The translations under genes and the position numbers were made by a program. From Macrostomum lignano (taxonomy: Eukaryota): a stretch of DNA of 64,000 nucleotides. The notes beneath the pieces are model-generated. The model saw only the letters and a program-made list of their open reading frames with translations. It was not told the origin of the DNA and searched no databases. The stretch is taken from positions 124,001 through 188,000 of the forward strand of contig NIVC01000095.1 in the NCBI GenBank assembly GCA_002269645.1, read 5' to 3'. Positions 23,036 to 36,018 of the stretch are shown here, piece after piece. The stretch's first letter is position 1. The number at the start of each line of letters is the position of its first letter.

Positions 23036-23059
23036 TTAGGGTTAGGGTTAGGGTTAGAG
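23036..23059 (+). repeat. Interstitial telomere-like repeat (TTAGGG)3 TTAGAG
   Basis: Direct reading. Confidence 0.7.
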
Positions 23060-23321
23060 CTACAACGCAGCAGCGTGTTGAACCAATTGAATTAATTGAA
23101 TGCGCAACCGATTTCACAGTCAGTCAGTATCAGTCTCGGTAAAAGTTAACAAAAAGATTGCGCAAACTAAATCAACCCTCCAATACACAGCGACTGACCC
23201 CCTTCCAATATGCAGTGGCAATTAAAAGTTGAACCCCCCTCCCACCAACTGTTGGGGGGTTGGTCGAACCCCCATTGAACTCCAAAATGAGTACACTGCC
23301 GAAAGTTAAAAGTATGGAAAT

Positions 23322-24107
23322 GGCTCATTCCATATAAGCATGGTCGTAACATGACAGGTTATTTTTACTTATAAAATGAAATCTAATAATAGAATATACT
23401 AAACCAATATTTTAAATGAAAGATTATTTTGTCTAGAATATATTTTTAGAGTTTCATATAGATATCATCATTAGTATAGATGCTATTAAACCTTAAATGA
23501 CACTTATGGTCGTAACAACAGGATTTTTGACATATAGAAACTAAAAGGTAAAAGTCTTATAACATTTTTCATTTTTGATATTTTGCAATACATTTTTAAA
23601 ATTTGACTAAGAACATCTTTAGAAATCATACTCTTTTATTAGAATATATAAACTCAAAAGGCAACAAAGATACAAAAGAAAAGGCAGCCTTATGGTCGTA
23701 ACATTATGGTCGTAACATATTTTTTTCTGTCAATTCAGTAACTTTGAGGTACTAATACATTAAAAATATAATAGATTATTTGGTCACCAATGCTTTTATC
23801 TGATGATGCAAGTACTATACTTTTATCTATAGTTTGTTTCAACCTTCAAAAGCTTTCTATTTGTTTTTAAAAGGTACAAAATCTTAATGATGTCTTTTGC
23901 TTCGAAAAATGTCCAAATTTTTACAAAAATGACTTTTTGCCAATTGATAACATACTAATCCAACATTTTACCATTCCTTTATTCTTAGATTGTATATATT
24001 GCACAATATAAACATTTGGTAAAAAAATAGGCTAATTAGGCAATGGCAAGCAAAAATATTGACTTTTTTCTATTTTCCAAATATGTCCATCTTATATGGA
24101 ATGAGCC
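23322..24107. mobile_element. 786-bp non-autonomous DNA transposon, Sola1-like
   Basis: Perfect 17-bp TIR GGCTCATTCCATATAAG / CTTATATGGAATGAGCC and 4-bp TSD AAAT (AWWT type). Internal ATGGTCGTAACA occurs four times. Confidence 0.8.
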
Positions 24108-25366
24108 AAATAGTTTTTTAAATGCTGTGCTTTTTGTTTTCACATTTAAAGCAAACAACTTATATCCCTGAACTCAGTATTGCAAGATCTTTCCAGTAAT
24201 ATAAGTCTCTCCTCTGAAAGTTTAAAACTCGAGGAACAGTTAGCGCTTGAAATTTCCTGATTTAAAGCATTAAAGTATCGAGTGTACGTTCACAGCCTGC
24301 TAAAGAGGCTCGCAAGTTTATTCATTAAATTTTACTGCCCAGCAAATACACATGGCTGCCTATTGAATGCCGCCGATAATAAAACCAATTAAATCTCGAC
24401 ACAGTCCTAGCTATCTCCTTACACTGTACAACTGCTATGTACACTCAGCCCAAGCCCAACCCCCTCCCATTCCGGGGGAATCGTTAAATTTAATTGAACC
24501 CCCAACACGCGGGGGGGGGGTTATTTGCATTGAACGCGGAACACGCGCACCCACCACCCCTCAATACACGGCGGCCCGCGGGCGGAGGTTGGGGTGGCTA
24601 TTTTTACAAACTGGCTACAGCCCCAGGCAGAGTGGCCAAAGAAGGTTATTGAGGGTTAAAAAACAGTTTTCTGCTTTTTTAGGGATCTTAAAATGTAAAA
24701 ATGAAAGATTAAAATAGCTATAAACCCAATCCGGAAAATTTGCAGTTTTCCCATATAAGTTTCAACGCTGACTTGCCAGTAGTTTAGGAGAAAAATTGCA
24801 ACACACAAACAAACATCGCATCAGTTTTAGTATTAAGAGACTAGCTAATTAGAGCTATCTGCCAGCATCTAGAAGTTTTATTATATCCCACTTTTAATGG
24901 TTATACAATACAAGTTAAATAGAGTAATTATCAGGGTAGTGGGGCGCAGTGAGTTTTCTTATCAGTTGGCCTTTGATAATCTCTTTAGCAATGAGCTAGA
25001 GCTTAATAAAAATTCGTGTACTAGGCCTATTGTCTATCCCTAACACATTTGATATATTTTGGCAAAGAAACAGCAAAAGTTGGTTGAGCTTTTTGGGAGA
25101 TAATTGATTGCATATAAGCAAGCAAACAACTTTTTCATTTTTAGAATACTAGATTATAGAAACTATAGAATTGATAGGCCTTATCTATATATAGGAAAGC
25201 CAAGGGCCCTAAGGCCTTGGGATAGGCCTAAAGATAAATTGTCTAGCCAAAAAAGTTTGATGGCAAAATGGCCAGAATTTGTTAATACTCCCATGTTCCA
25301 TACTCCCAACAATACTGTTCTAGAGAAAATTCTTGCATGCAACATAGTCCTAGGCAGTCTATCTAG

Positions 25367-28300
25367 TTCCCAGTGAGCTCCGCGAAACCCACAAACCCAA
25401 GGACACGCGCGAAGCGCGTGTCCTTGGGTTTGTGGGGTGAGCGGAGCGAACGCGCGAGGCACAAAGTGCCGAGCATGAGGAACAAACAGCCAGCCAATGC
25501 GCGAAGCGCATTGGGTGGTCTGGCTTGTGACGAATATAATAATATGAGACGTGTGCATCGAAAAAATGACAAGAAAAATCTCACAAAAACTGCTGTAACT
25601 TCAAAACTACAAGTGCGAATTTCACAAGTGAGGTGTCATTTTAAAGAGAAGAATCTGATCTATTTAACGAGTATAGTTTTGTATGGATTCACTGCGGAGA
25701 AAAGGAACAGGCTTCAGTTGAAATGTTTGTCTTAAGATTATGTCTTTACAAAAGTGCATTTCCTCATGCACATTAAAACTCGAGCTAAAAATGTTCGAGG
25801 GTTATAGGTGCGCCTTACTAAGATGCATAACATTATTGGGTTGTTTTTTTCAATTGTATCAAAAAGTTGGCACTTTGGTTGCAAAAAATGCAAAAATTGA
25901 AAATGTACTTTTACAGTTTTTTGCATTTTTTTCTATACTGCTAATAGTTAAGCATACATACTATGCACCAATTGATGCGCAATTCAAAGATACACAAGTG
26001 TGGAAGTTTTCAATTCTTAAACATTTGAAATCAGAAAGTTATCGACGAAAGACTAAAAATCATGATCTCAAACTGATTTGAGGAAAAGTGCTCATTATAA
26101 TTTTTGGAATATGGAAGAAACAATTCAACGCCGTCATCTAATTCCAAACTAACTGTACTTTAAGGTACTGCGATGATTTTTTTATTGAAAGAGCGAAACC
26201 TGTTTAAATATTTGAAAAAATGGAAAAAAAGTACCTTTTTTCATAGAAATACACTCTTTTGACTGCTTAATCCGATTTCCAACAACAAAATAGTTGCTTT
26301 CCTGCTGGTGCAAACCGTTATTAGGGTGAATTTTCAAAATTGCATACTGTGCCAAAAGTAAACTGAAGCTTAATATTTATAAACATTAGAAACGGGACCA
26401 CTAATGGGTATTTTACTTTGGTTACTTACTATGGACTAAACTGGCACTGGCAGAGACAGATTTGAGAGAAACTAATTGCTCCATTGTATTTGTATTTGGC
26501 TCCAGCGTTACAAATTACAATAGCTATTTCGGGGTCTAACCGGCTAAGTTATCAAAAAAGCTAGATACCAATCACCAGTTTCATCATCAGCTATACCTAC
26601 CACGATTTTATAGTCACATGCAACAGTAATACCCTCCTTTAAAAGTTTTCAATATCTAAAATGATGTGTTAAATTTTATAAAATTTCATAAACAGTGAAA
26701 TTTTAGCTGTTTACGTGCTGGTGGTTTGAACGTAGCTACTTTGTGCGAAAATACACTGTCATTAATACCGTACCTATTATTGTATTTATTGTATTGAAAG
26801 TTGATGTGTAAATTGTACTTTTCTATTTTTTTGTCATTCGTTATCGCACTCGGGCCGGCCTGCCTGCCTTGTGGGGTGTGGTGGCCTTGGCCACTTTCTC
26901 CCCCTTCTGCTAGGATCCAAAGCAAGCTTTCAAGTGTACATTTAATATTATCGATCGATTATTTAAAACAAGCCTCTAGTGGCTGGTGTTGAGAGTGAGT
27001 GGCCTTGAGTGTACGCGAAAGCAAGAGGAAGCCCATGGGCGGACTATATGAACCTTCCTTTAGTGGAAAGTTGGGCCTTGTGCATTGGATAGTGTACGCT
27101 ACACAAGACAGAAGGTAAAGAAAAAGAGAACGACAGGCTAGCCAATAGCGATAGCATGTGCTTCTTTCTCTCCAGTCCACTATGGTAGGGGGGGGGAGGG
27201 GGTGTCAGACGGCCCAACTCTAACCCCCATACCCAAAACAGCGTACATGTAGAATAAGAAGGGATTGGGTCCAGATAAGTCTTCCCAAATGTACATGTAT
27301 GTACAAAGACAAACACAGACAAGAAAAATGGCTCTAAAAACCATTGTTATTGTTACACTGTGTGTCTATTTTTATTAACTTGACTTTGACTTGTCTTTAC
27401 TCTAGCATGGTCAAGGATAATTACTGTTACTTCATACCTAATTTACAATTAATTGCATAAGATTAAGAAGGAATAATACAATCGAGGTCGAACCCATGAT
27501 CACTTGACCCACCCACCCATGATCACTTCTGATTCTGACCTACATGTATCTACTATATCCTGCCAGTTTCTCCAGTTTTATGGGTCTTGGTGTCGGTGAT
27601 TCGAGCAATTCCATTACATTTTATCGGTGCAGTGCGTCTATTAATGCTTAGCTACTTGTATATGTGTTGCAGAACTTATGCTCGTAGTTTCCCTTCTAGG
27701 GATGTTGACCCCGGGAGTGCTCCCCGGGGAGCTTGTCGGGGAATACTCTCCGGGGAATTTAACCGGGGACCCTGGGGAGAAAAAATATGAAAAAATGCAT
27801 TTGTAACTTAATTTTTGCCATTAAAATAAGAAACTGATTCACAGAAAGCTGATTGAAACTCTGTCTATGCTCTTTTACCGCATAATTGCTTATTTCAATG
27901 CATTACATGTATAATTTGAAACACAACACACGTTTGATTGTTTTTTCACTAATAAGTCATTCAATCAAGCAAATTGCACGTAGAAAAGAAACCCGTCAGG
28001 AAAAAGAAGCCTTACTGACTAGTGACTGCTGTGCTGGTCTGCGTTGACGGCTTGACGCAGGCGCAGCGCTGCGTCATGCGTCAGGCACTGACGCATAGGG
28101 GGGTGTCATACATATACTCCCTATTAGACAAGGACAAAATGGTGATTTACATATATATGCAAGAAATAAAATTCCGATTATAAAAACAGTCTCATTCATT
28201 AATTATCCTCTCACGAGCGTAGCTGTTTAGCATGCATTCCAACAAATGCACTTTTCCGATAAAGGTGCGCGCACGATTTCGTGATGCCACATTGTCAAAT

Positions 28301-28701
28301 ACAGTTTAAAAAAACATTGTTTAAAATTTTTACCCCTGCGCCTTGAACATGTAGTACAAAGCTTAAATCAAAGTTTAAAAAATTCCACTTACAATTTAAG
28401 TGATCCGCCGTTTTTACTTATTTTTTCTTTTCACCGGGGTCCCCGATAAGATAATTCCCTGGGGAATCGACATCCCTAATTCCCTTCCTATAAATCATTT
28501 GACGTTAGAGACATTTTACAACTCTCGCCCTACTTTATCTATTAGGCTAACTTTATGTATGACACGACGCAAAATATTAGGAGCATCAGCGTTAATAATG
28601 CCTTGAAAGAAAGTCTTTAAATAATCGATACAACACTAGGTATTATAAAATTCCAACCCCAAAGCTCACTGGGGCGAAAAGACTTTGTCTTCATTAACTA
28701 G
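25367..28701. mobile_element. 3.3-kb non-autonomous Helitron/Helentron-like element, copy 1
   Basis: Near-identical to 32683-36018. Asymmetric sub-terminal inverted repeat CCCAGTGAGCT (25369) / AGCTCACTGGG (28663), terminal hairpins, CTAG at both boundaries, no long ORF. Confidence 0.75.
27697..28478. mobile_element. hAT-like MITE nested in the 3.3-kb element (also at 35014-35795)
   Basis: Termini TAGGGATG...CATCCCTA (Ac-like). TTCCCTTC direct repeat at 27689-27696 and 28480-28487 (one extra base). Sub-terminal CCGGGG repeats. Confidence 0.75.
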
Positions 28702-31700
28702 TACCACATCTTTGGCATGCATCAAGAAGTTAAAAAGTTTTTTGCATGCTTCACATAGCAGTGTAGGCTATAGCAGTTAAAAAGAAAAAATGCATGGCAT
28801 CACAGTTGGAGCTATCCAAAAGCTATGCCAGACAGAAAATATTCAGTCATTTTAGGAAAGAGGCCTATAATATTTATCACACTTAAACTTTAAAAGTGAA
28901 CATTATATATTAATGGAAAGAGTAAAGAGAGACAGTAGTAAATATAACTGAAAAGCAAAGAAATGTATAAAAGTAGCAAAACGAAAGCATTTCTATAACC
29001 ATAAGCATTGTTTACTGGCAGTCTTCTGTGAAAAATAGTTTAAAATAAAAAAGTTTTTTATTGTTTAAATGTTTTATTGTTGATATACTTCAAAACAGAC
29101 CAGTAAGAAATAAATTATTGAAGGCCTAGCTAATTAAGGAAATAAGATTTGGTATTAATGATTAGTAATCATTAATCATTTTAAATATTAAAATTGAGAA
29201 TTATTACTTCAAATAGTAAAAGTTTAAAGGATTGTCAGGCTTCTCCAAATAAATACGGGTGATTCTCATCGAGAGGTTTCGGAGGTTTTGAGGTTTTTCA
29301 GAGGTTTCATTTCGAACAAATATTTTTGCACAAAAACTTTAATACTGTAAAAAAATTGAAATCTTACTGAAATTTACCAATGAATACAAATTTTCTTTAG
29401 AAAATAGCTTGGAGGTTCTGGATTCTTTTTAGTTTTGCTTTTAATAGGCACGCGCGGAAATTATTTAACTTAGGCAACTATTTTCATGCTTGAAAGTGGT
29501 TTTTTTAAACACTACGCAACACAACACACTGGTAATGTCATCGTTGCCATTGGCATTTACATTCAAGGTGCATAAATAAAATAAAAAAATATTCGACTTG
29601 AAGGCGCTGCTTGAAATATACTGAAAACATATAGACAGCTGTTTCATCCGTTTCCCGTTTTTACTTTCGAGTGCTGCTGCTGCTGCATACCATTTTGCAT
29701 TCGAATTATGTTATGACATTGATGTGATGTTATGTTATGTTAAGACATACTACCTCACAGAAGTAAATAGCAGAATTATTGTTGTCTCAATGTTTTTTAT
29801 AAATATCTAAGGGCCTGGAATTACAAGTATGCATTTTACTTTTAATTACTTAAAGCCGAACATTTTACTTTTAATCATAAAATTAATTTCAATCACTGAA
29901 AGCTATTAGCTTTTCTCTCATAAATAACACTAGTTGCACAACTGTTACTGCTGACAAAAGCTCTAACATGTTTGAGTTAGTTCTTATACAAACAAAATGC
30001 TTACAGTAAGACTTTGCACATGTATTGCACCACCTTTGTTTGATGCTAAAAATCTATGTTGAGCAATAAACTAGATAGCTGATACCAATATATTTACTAG
30101 AGTTAAAACTAAAACGTCATTGGACACATTTTTGGCATTGTTTATTTTAAAATAATATAATTTCTTCAATATAAATGTATTGGCATCTTTAAAGATTGCA
30201 AGAATAAATGTATAGGAAAATCATTATGTCAAATCATATTGACTTTTAAAATTGATTGTTTATAAAAAGTTATAGATGAAAGTAATCAATACCTTTTATT
30301 TCAACATGCTTTGTTTCAGCTGCCAATACCATGCCTGAACTACCGCTTGCCTGGTCTCCTGCCTGCATTCTGAGCCTGTATCCTACATCGTCAAGACCAC
30401 CGACGTGATCGAGACCTCAATATTGTAGGGTGAGGAACATAGGCGATGCTTCTCCAGTGCGTGGTTTCCGCTACTGCCAGCAAAGTGCAATCGGGCAGTC
30501 GCATTATGTCAGTTGTAGTGAGTTCCATTTGGATCAGTAACACTCGGCTGCTGCTGCTGGACAAAAATGATTGGTGTGAGTTCCCTTGGCACAATTCCCA
30601 CAGGGCAATCAGGTGGGCTGCAAATTCCTCTCCAAGATTGGCACCAGCATGTCTGACATTGCCTTTCATGGCCTCCAATTGAGACTATCGAAACAGTTGA
30701 TTTTTTATGCTGGAAGCCCAAAAATGGGACAATGGGACTCGAGTGATGCAATGATGAGCAAAAACGCTGAAGTCGAGCCATGCCGAAAGCATATCGCGCC
30801 AACTGCGCTGCGACTTCTAGAAGCATATCATCATGAGCAATGGTATTTTAGTAGGCCATTGCTTTGTACAAATTTCCATAGTTTGATGGGTTCTGGAAAG
30901 ATGGCATGATTGAGAAATACAATGTTAGTCTTATTTTAGACTAAGATATTTGATTTTAGACTTTAGACTAGAAGATTTTAGACTAATGATATTATTTTAG
31001 TATATGGGTCTAGTGTAAGTACTTAACATCATAAGAAAATCTAAAGATTTAGAGCCTTCTCCCCAACATGGTTGGCACCATGCATTTCATTGGCATGATA
31101 ACTACTGTGGATGATAAGAGAGTATATTTGTTTAATATTAAAACAATTTACTTATAAAGTAAATTAAAAATTGAATAAAAATGTGATGACTAGGCATACA
31201 TAAGTACAAGCTACTATTTACTTTGAATATTTGCATAAAAAGACAAAAACTAAAGCAAGTTACTAATGTAAAAGAGTAATAGAAATGGGCTGGTAGCGAT
31301 GCTCGTTTAAAAAATAATAGAGAAATGAAGGCCAACACCAACATATAATAAATTATTATAATAGCCAACGCGTTTCGACACAAGCAGTCATCTTCAGGGA
31401 ATAGAAATTGTACTCGACTATATCAGCTTAAATTATGACTGAATATAAAGCTATTAACAAATTATAGGCCTATTTAAAATTAAAAGCATAAAAATTTCAG
31501 ATCATTAGAGCTTTCAATTTTATAGGTAGAGGTAAAGCAGTAAAAAAAAAATTGCCATTTTTAAAGCTTTGTGAAGAGAATTATTCACTAGTATTAGAGG
31601 CTTGGCTTAGGTAATAAATTTTTATCTTATGTGCATTGTGTGTTAGGATTTAGGATGATGATGTAAAAATAGTAAATAATAGAAAATAGAAAAATAAAAG

Positions 31701-32682
31701 TTTTAGTATAATGGATGTAAAATAAAAAAAGAATATCAAATAAGTGAAAAAATAATTATATTTTACATTATAGATGCCTAGTAAAATACTTAGGGCCTTT
31801 AGTTAGTTAGACTAACAATCTATATTAAATAGCGACTGATACTGACTTGATGAAAAAAATACTGACTTGGTCTTGTTAGTCTTAATTTTCTGGCTTAAAA
31901 ATTGATAGCTTTTTTGACCAAGTCAAAAACAATCTGAAATTCGTATTGGTAAATAGTGTCTGTTTTTAATTACATGGACAGGTCAAGTAGAAATTAGGAT
32001 AGTTACGAATATGCATTGAAATAGAACAACACACACTTGTGACTATTCGCAACTTTGCGCTTGTGAAATGAAAAGGAAGCAATGAAAATGGCATGGCATA
32101 AATTGTGTCAGAAGGACCCTACCACTTCGCATAAAAACAGTTAAATAATTTCCGCGCGTGCCTATCAGAAGCAAAATTAAAAAGAATCCAAAACCTCCGA
32201 GCTATTTTCTAAAGAAAATTTGTATTCATTAGTAAATTTCAGTTAAATTTCAATTTTTGTACGGTATTAAAAATTTTGTGCAAAAATATTTGTTCGAAAT
32301 GAAACCTCTGAAAAACGTCAAAACCTCCGAAACGGGTCTGTATAAAAGCAGGGCACCATTGGCACATTGGACACCCCTTATGTTAACAAAAATCGAGTTT
32401 TGATCGTTGTTTTGCTTGAATAAATATACTTTGGCTTTCGAATAAAAATGTAAATATTTATTTATAATTGCACTTTTTCATATACTTCTAACAACCATGA
32501 GATTGGTAGTATCAACAAGTTTTATTCTACATTTAAATTCATTTCTTATCTTGCTTTATTGTCGAACTACTTTCGGTACGTCATTTTCATTTACCTAGTT
32601 GGTGCACTTACAGAAAACATAGAAACATTAAATGCCGTTTCTTGTCCTCAATAAACGTTGGAAAAAGTGAGCAGCAGACTAG

Positions 32683-35600
32683 TTCCCAGTGAGCTCCGCG
32701 AAACCCACAAACCCAAGGACACGCGCGAAGCGCGTGTCCTTGGGTTTGTGGGGTGAGCGGAGCGAACGCGCGAGGCACAAAGTGCCGAGCATGAGGAACA
32801 AACAGCCAGCCAATGCGCGAAGCGCATTGGGTGGTCTGGCTTGTGACGAATATAATAATATGAGACGTGTGCATCGAAAAAATGACAAGAAAAATCTCAC
32901 AAAAACTGCTGTAACTTCAAAACTACAAGTGCGAATTTCACAAGTGAGGTGTCATTTTAAAGAGAAGAATCTGATCTATTTAACGAGTATAGTTTTGTAT
33001 GGATTCACTGCGGAGAAAAGGAACAGGCTTCAGTTGAAATGTTTGTCTTAAGATTATGTCTTTACAAAAGTGCATTTCCTCATGCACATTAAAACTCGAG
33101 CTAAAAATGTTCGAGGGTTATAGGTGCGCCTTACTAAGATGCATAACATTATTGGGTTGTTTTTTTCAATTGTATCAAAAAGTTGGCACTTTGGTTGCAA
33201 AAAATGCAAAAATTGAAAATGTACTTTTACAGTTTTTTGCATTTTTTTCTATACTGCTAATAGTTAAGCATACATACTATGCACCAATTGATGCGCAATT
33301 CAAAGATACACAAGTGTGGAAGTTTTCAATTCTTAAACATTTGAAATCAGAAAGTTATCGACGAAAGACTAAAAATCATGATCTCAAACTGATTTGAGGA
33401 AAAGTGCTCATTATAATTTTTGGAATATGGAAGAAACAATTCAACGCCGTCATCTAATTCCAAACTAACTGTACTTTAAGGTACTGCGATGATTTTTTTA
33501 TTGAAAGAGCGAAACCTGTTTAAATATTTGAAAAAATGGAAAAAAAGTACCTTTTTTCATAGAAATACACTCTTTTGACTGCTTAATCCGATTTCCAACA
33601 ACAAAATAGTTGCTTTCCTGCTGGTGCAAACCGTTATTAGGGTGAATTTTCAAAATTGCATACTGTGCCAAAAGTAAACTGAAGCTTAATATTTATAAAC
33701 ATTAGAAACGGGACCACTAATGGGTATTTTACTTTGGTTACTTACTATGGACTAAACTGGCACTGGCAGAGACAGATTTGAGAGAAACTAATTGCTCCAT
33801 TGTATTTGTATTTGGCTCCAGCGTTACAAATTACAATAGCTATTTCGGGGTCTAACCGGCTAAGTTATCAAAAAAGCTAGATACCAATCACCAGTTTCAT
33901 CATCAGCTATACCTACCACGATTTTATAGTCACATGCAACAGTAATACCCTCCTTTAAAAGTTTTCAATATCTAAAATGATGTGTTAAATTTTATAAAAT
34001 TTCATAAACAGTGAAATTTTAGCTGTTTACGTGCTGGTGGTTTGAACGTAGCTACTTTGTGCGAAAATACACTGTCATTAATACCGTACCTATTATTGTA
34101 TTTATTGTATTGAAAGTTGATGTGTAAATTGTACTTTTCTATTTTTTTGTCATTCGTTATCGCACTCGGGCCGGCCTGCCTGCCTTGTGGGGTGTGGTGG
34201 CCTTGGCCACTTTCTCCCCCTTCTGCTAGGATCCAAAGCAAGCTTTCAAGTGTACATTTAATATTATCGATCGATTATTTAAAACAAGCCTCTAGTGGCT
34301 GGTGTTGAGAGTGAGTGGCCTTGAGTGTACGCGAAAGCAAGAGGAAGCCCATGGGCGGACTATATGAACCTTCCTTTAGTGGAAAGTTGGGCCTTGTGCA
34401 TTGGATAGTGTACGCTACACAAGACAGAAGGTAAAGAAAAAGAGAACGACAGGCTAGCCAATAGCGATAGCATGTGCTTCTTTCTCTCCAGTCCACTATG
34501 GTAGGGGGGGGGAGGGGGGTGTCAGACGGCCCAACTCTAACCCCCATACCCAAAACAGCGTACATGTAGAATAAGAAGGGATTGGGTCCAGATAAGTCTT
34601 CCCAAATGTACATGTATGTACAAAGACAAACACAGACAAGAAAAATGGCTCTAAAAACCATTGTTATTGTTACACTGTGTGTCTATTTTTATTAACTTGA
34701 CTTTGACTTGTCTTTACTCTAGCATGGTCAAGGATAATTACTGTTACTTCATACCTAATTTACAATTAATTGCATAAGATTAAGAAGGAATAATACAATC
34801 GAGGTCGAACCCATGATCACTTGACCCACCCACCCATGATCACTTCTGATTCTGACCTACATGTATCTACTATATCCTGCCAGTTTCTCCAGTTTTATGG
34901 GTCTTGGTGTCGGTGATTCGAGCAATTCCATTACATTTTATCGGTGCAGTGCGTCTATTAATGCTTAGCTACTTGTATATGTGTTGCAGAACTTATGCTC
35001 GTAGTTTCCCTTCTAGGGATGTTGACCCCGGGAGTGCTCCCCGGGGAGCTTGTCGGGGAATACTCTCCGGGGAATTTAACCGGGGACCCTGGGGAGAAAA
35101 AATATGAAAAAATGCATTTGTAACTTAATTTTTGCCATTAAAATAAGAAACTGATTCACAGAAAGCTGATTGAAACTCTGTCTATGCTCTTTTACCGCAT
35201 AATTGCTTATTTCAATGCATTACATGTATAATTTGAAACACAACACACGTTTGATTGTTTTTTCACTAATAAGTCATTCAATCAAGCAAATTGCACGTAG
35301 AAAAGAAACCCGTCAGGAAAAAGAAGCCTTACTGACTAGTGACTGCTGTGCTGGTCTGCGTTGACGGCTTGACGCAGGCGCAGCGCTGCGTCATGCGTCA
35401 GGCACTGACGCATAGGGGGGTGTCATACATATACTCCCTATTAGACAAGGACAAAATGGTGATTTACATATATATGCAAGAAATAAAATTCCGATTATAA
35501 AAACAGTCTCATTCATTAATTATCCTCTCACGAGCGTAGCTGTTTAGCATGCATTCCAACAAATGCACTTTTCCGATAAAGGTGCGCGCACGATTTCGTG

Positions 35601-36018
35601 ATGCCACATTGTCAAATACAGTTTAAAAAAACATTGTTTAAAATTTTTACCCCTGCGCCTTGAACATGTAGTACAAAGCTTAAATCAAAGTTTAAAAAAT
35701 TCCACTTACAATTTAAGTGATCCGCCGTTTTTACTTATTTTTTCTTTTCACCGGGGTCCCCGATAAGATAATTCCCTGGGGAATCGACATCCCTAATTCC
35801 CTTCCTATAAATCATTTGACGTTAGAGACATTTTACAACTCTCGCCCTACTTTATCTATTAGGCTAACTTTATGTATGACACGACGCAAAATATTAGGAG
35901 CATCAGCGTTAATAATGCCTTGAAAGAAAGTCTTTAAATAATCGATACAACACTAGGTATTATAAAATTCCAACCCCAAAGCTCACTGGGGCGAAAAGAC
36001 TTTGTCTTCATTAACTAG
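32683..36018. mobile_element. 3.3-kb non-autonomous Helitron/Helentron-like element, copy 2
   Basis: Same sequence as 25367-28701 (offset 7316, then 7317 after a 1-nt indel in a G run); different flanks. Confidence 0.75.
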
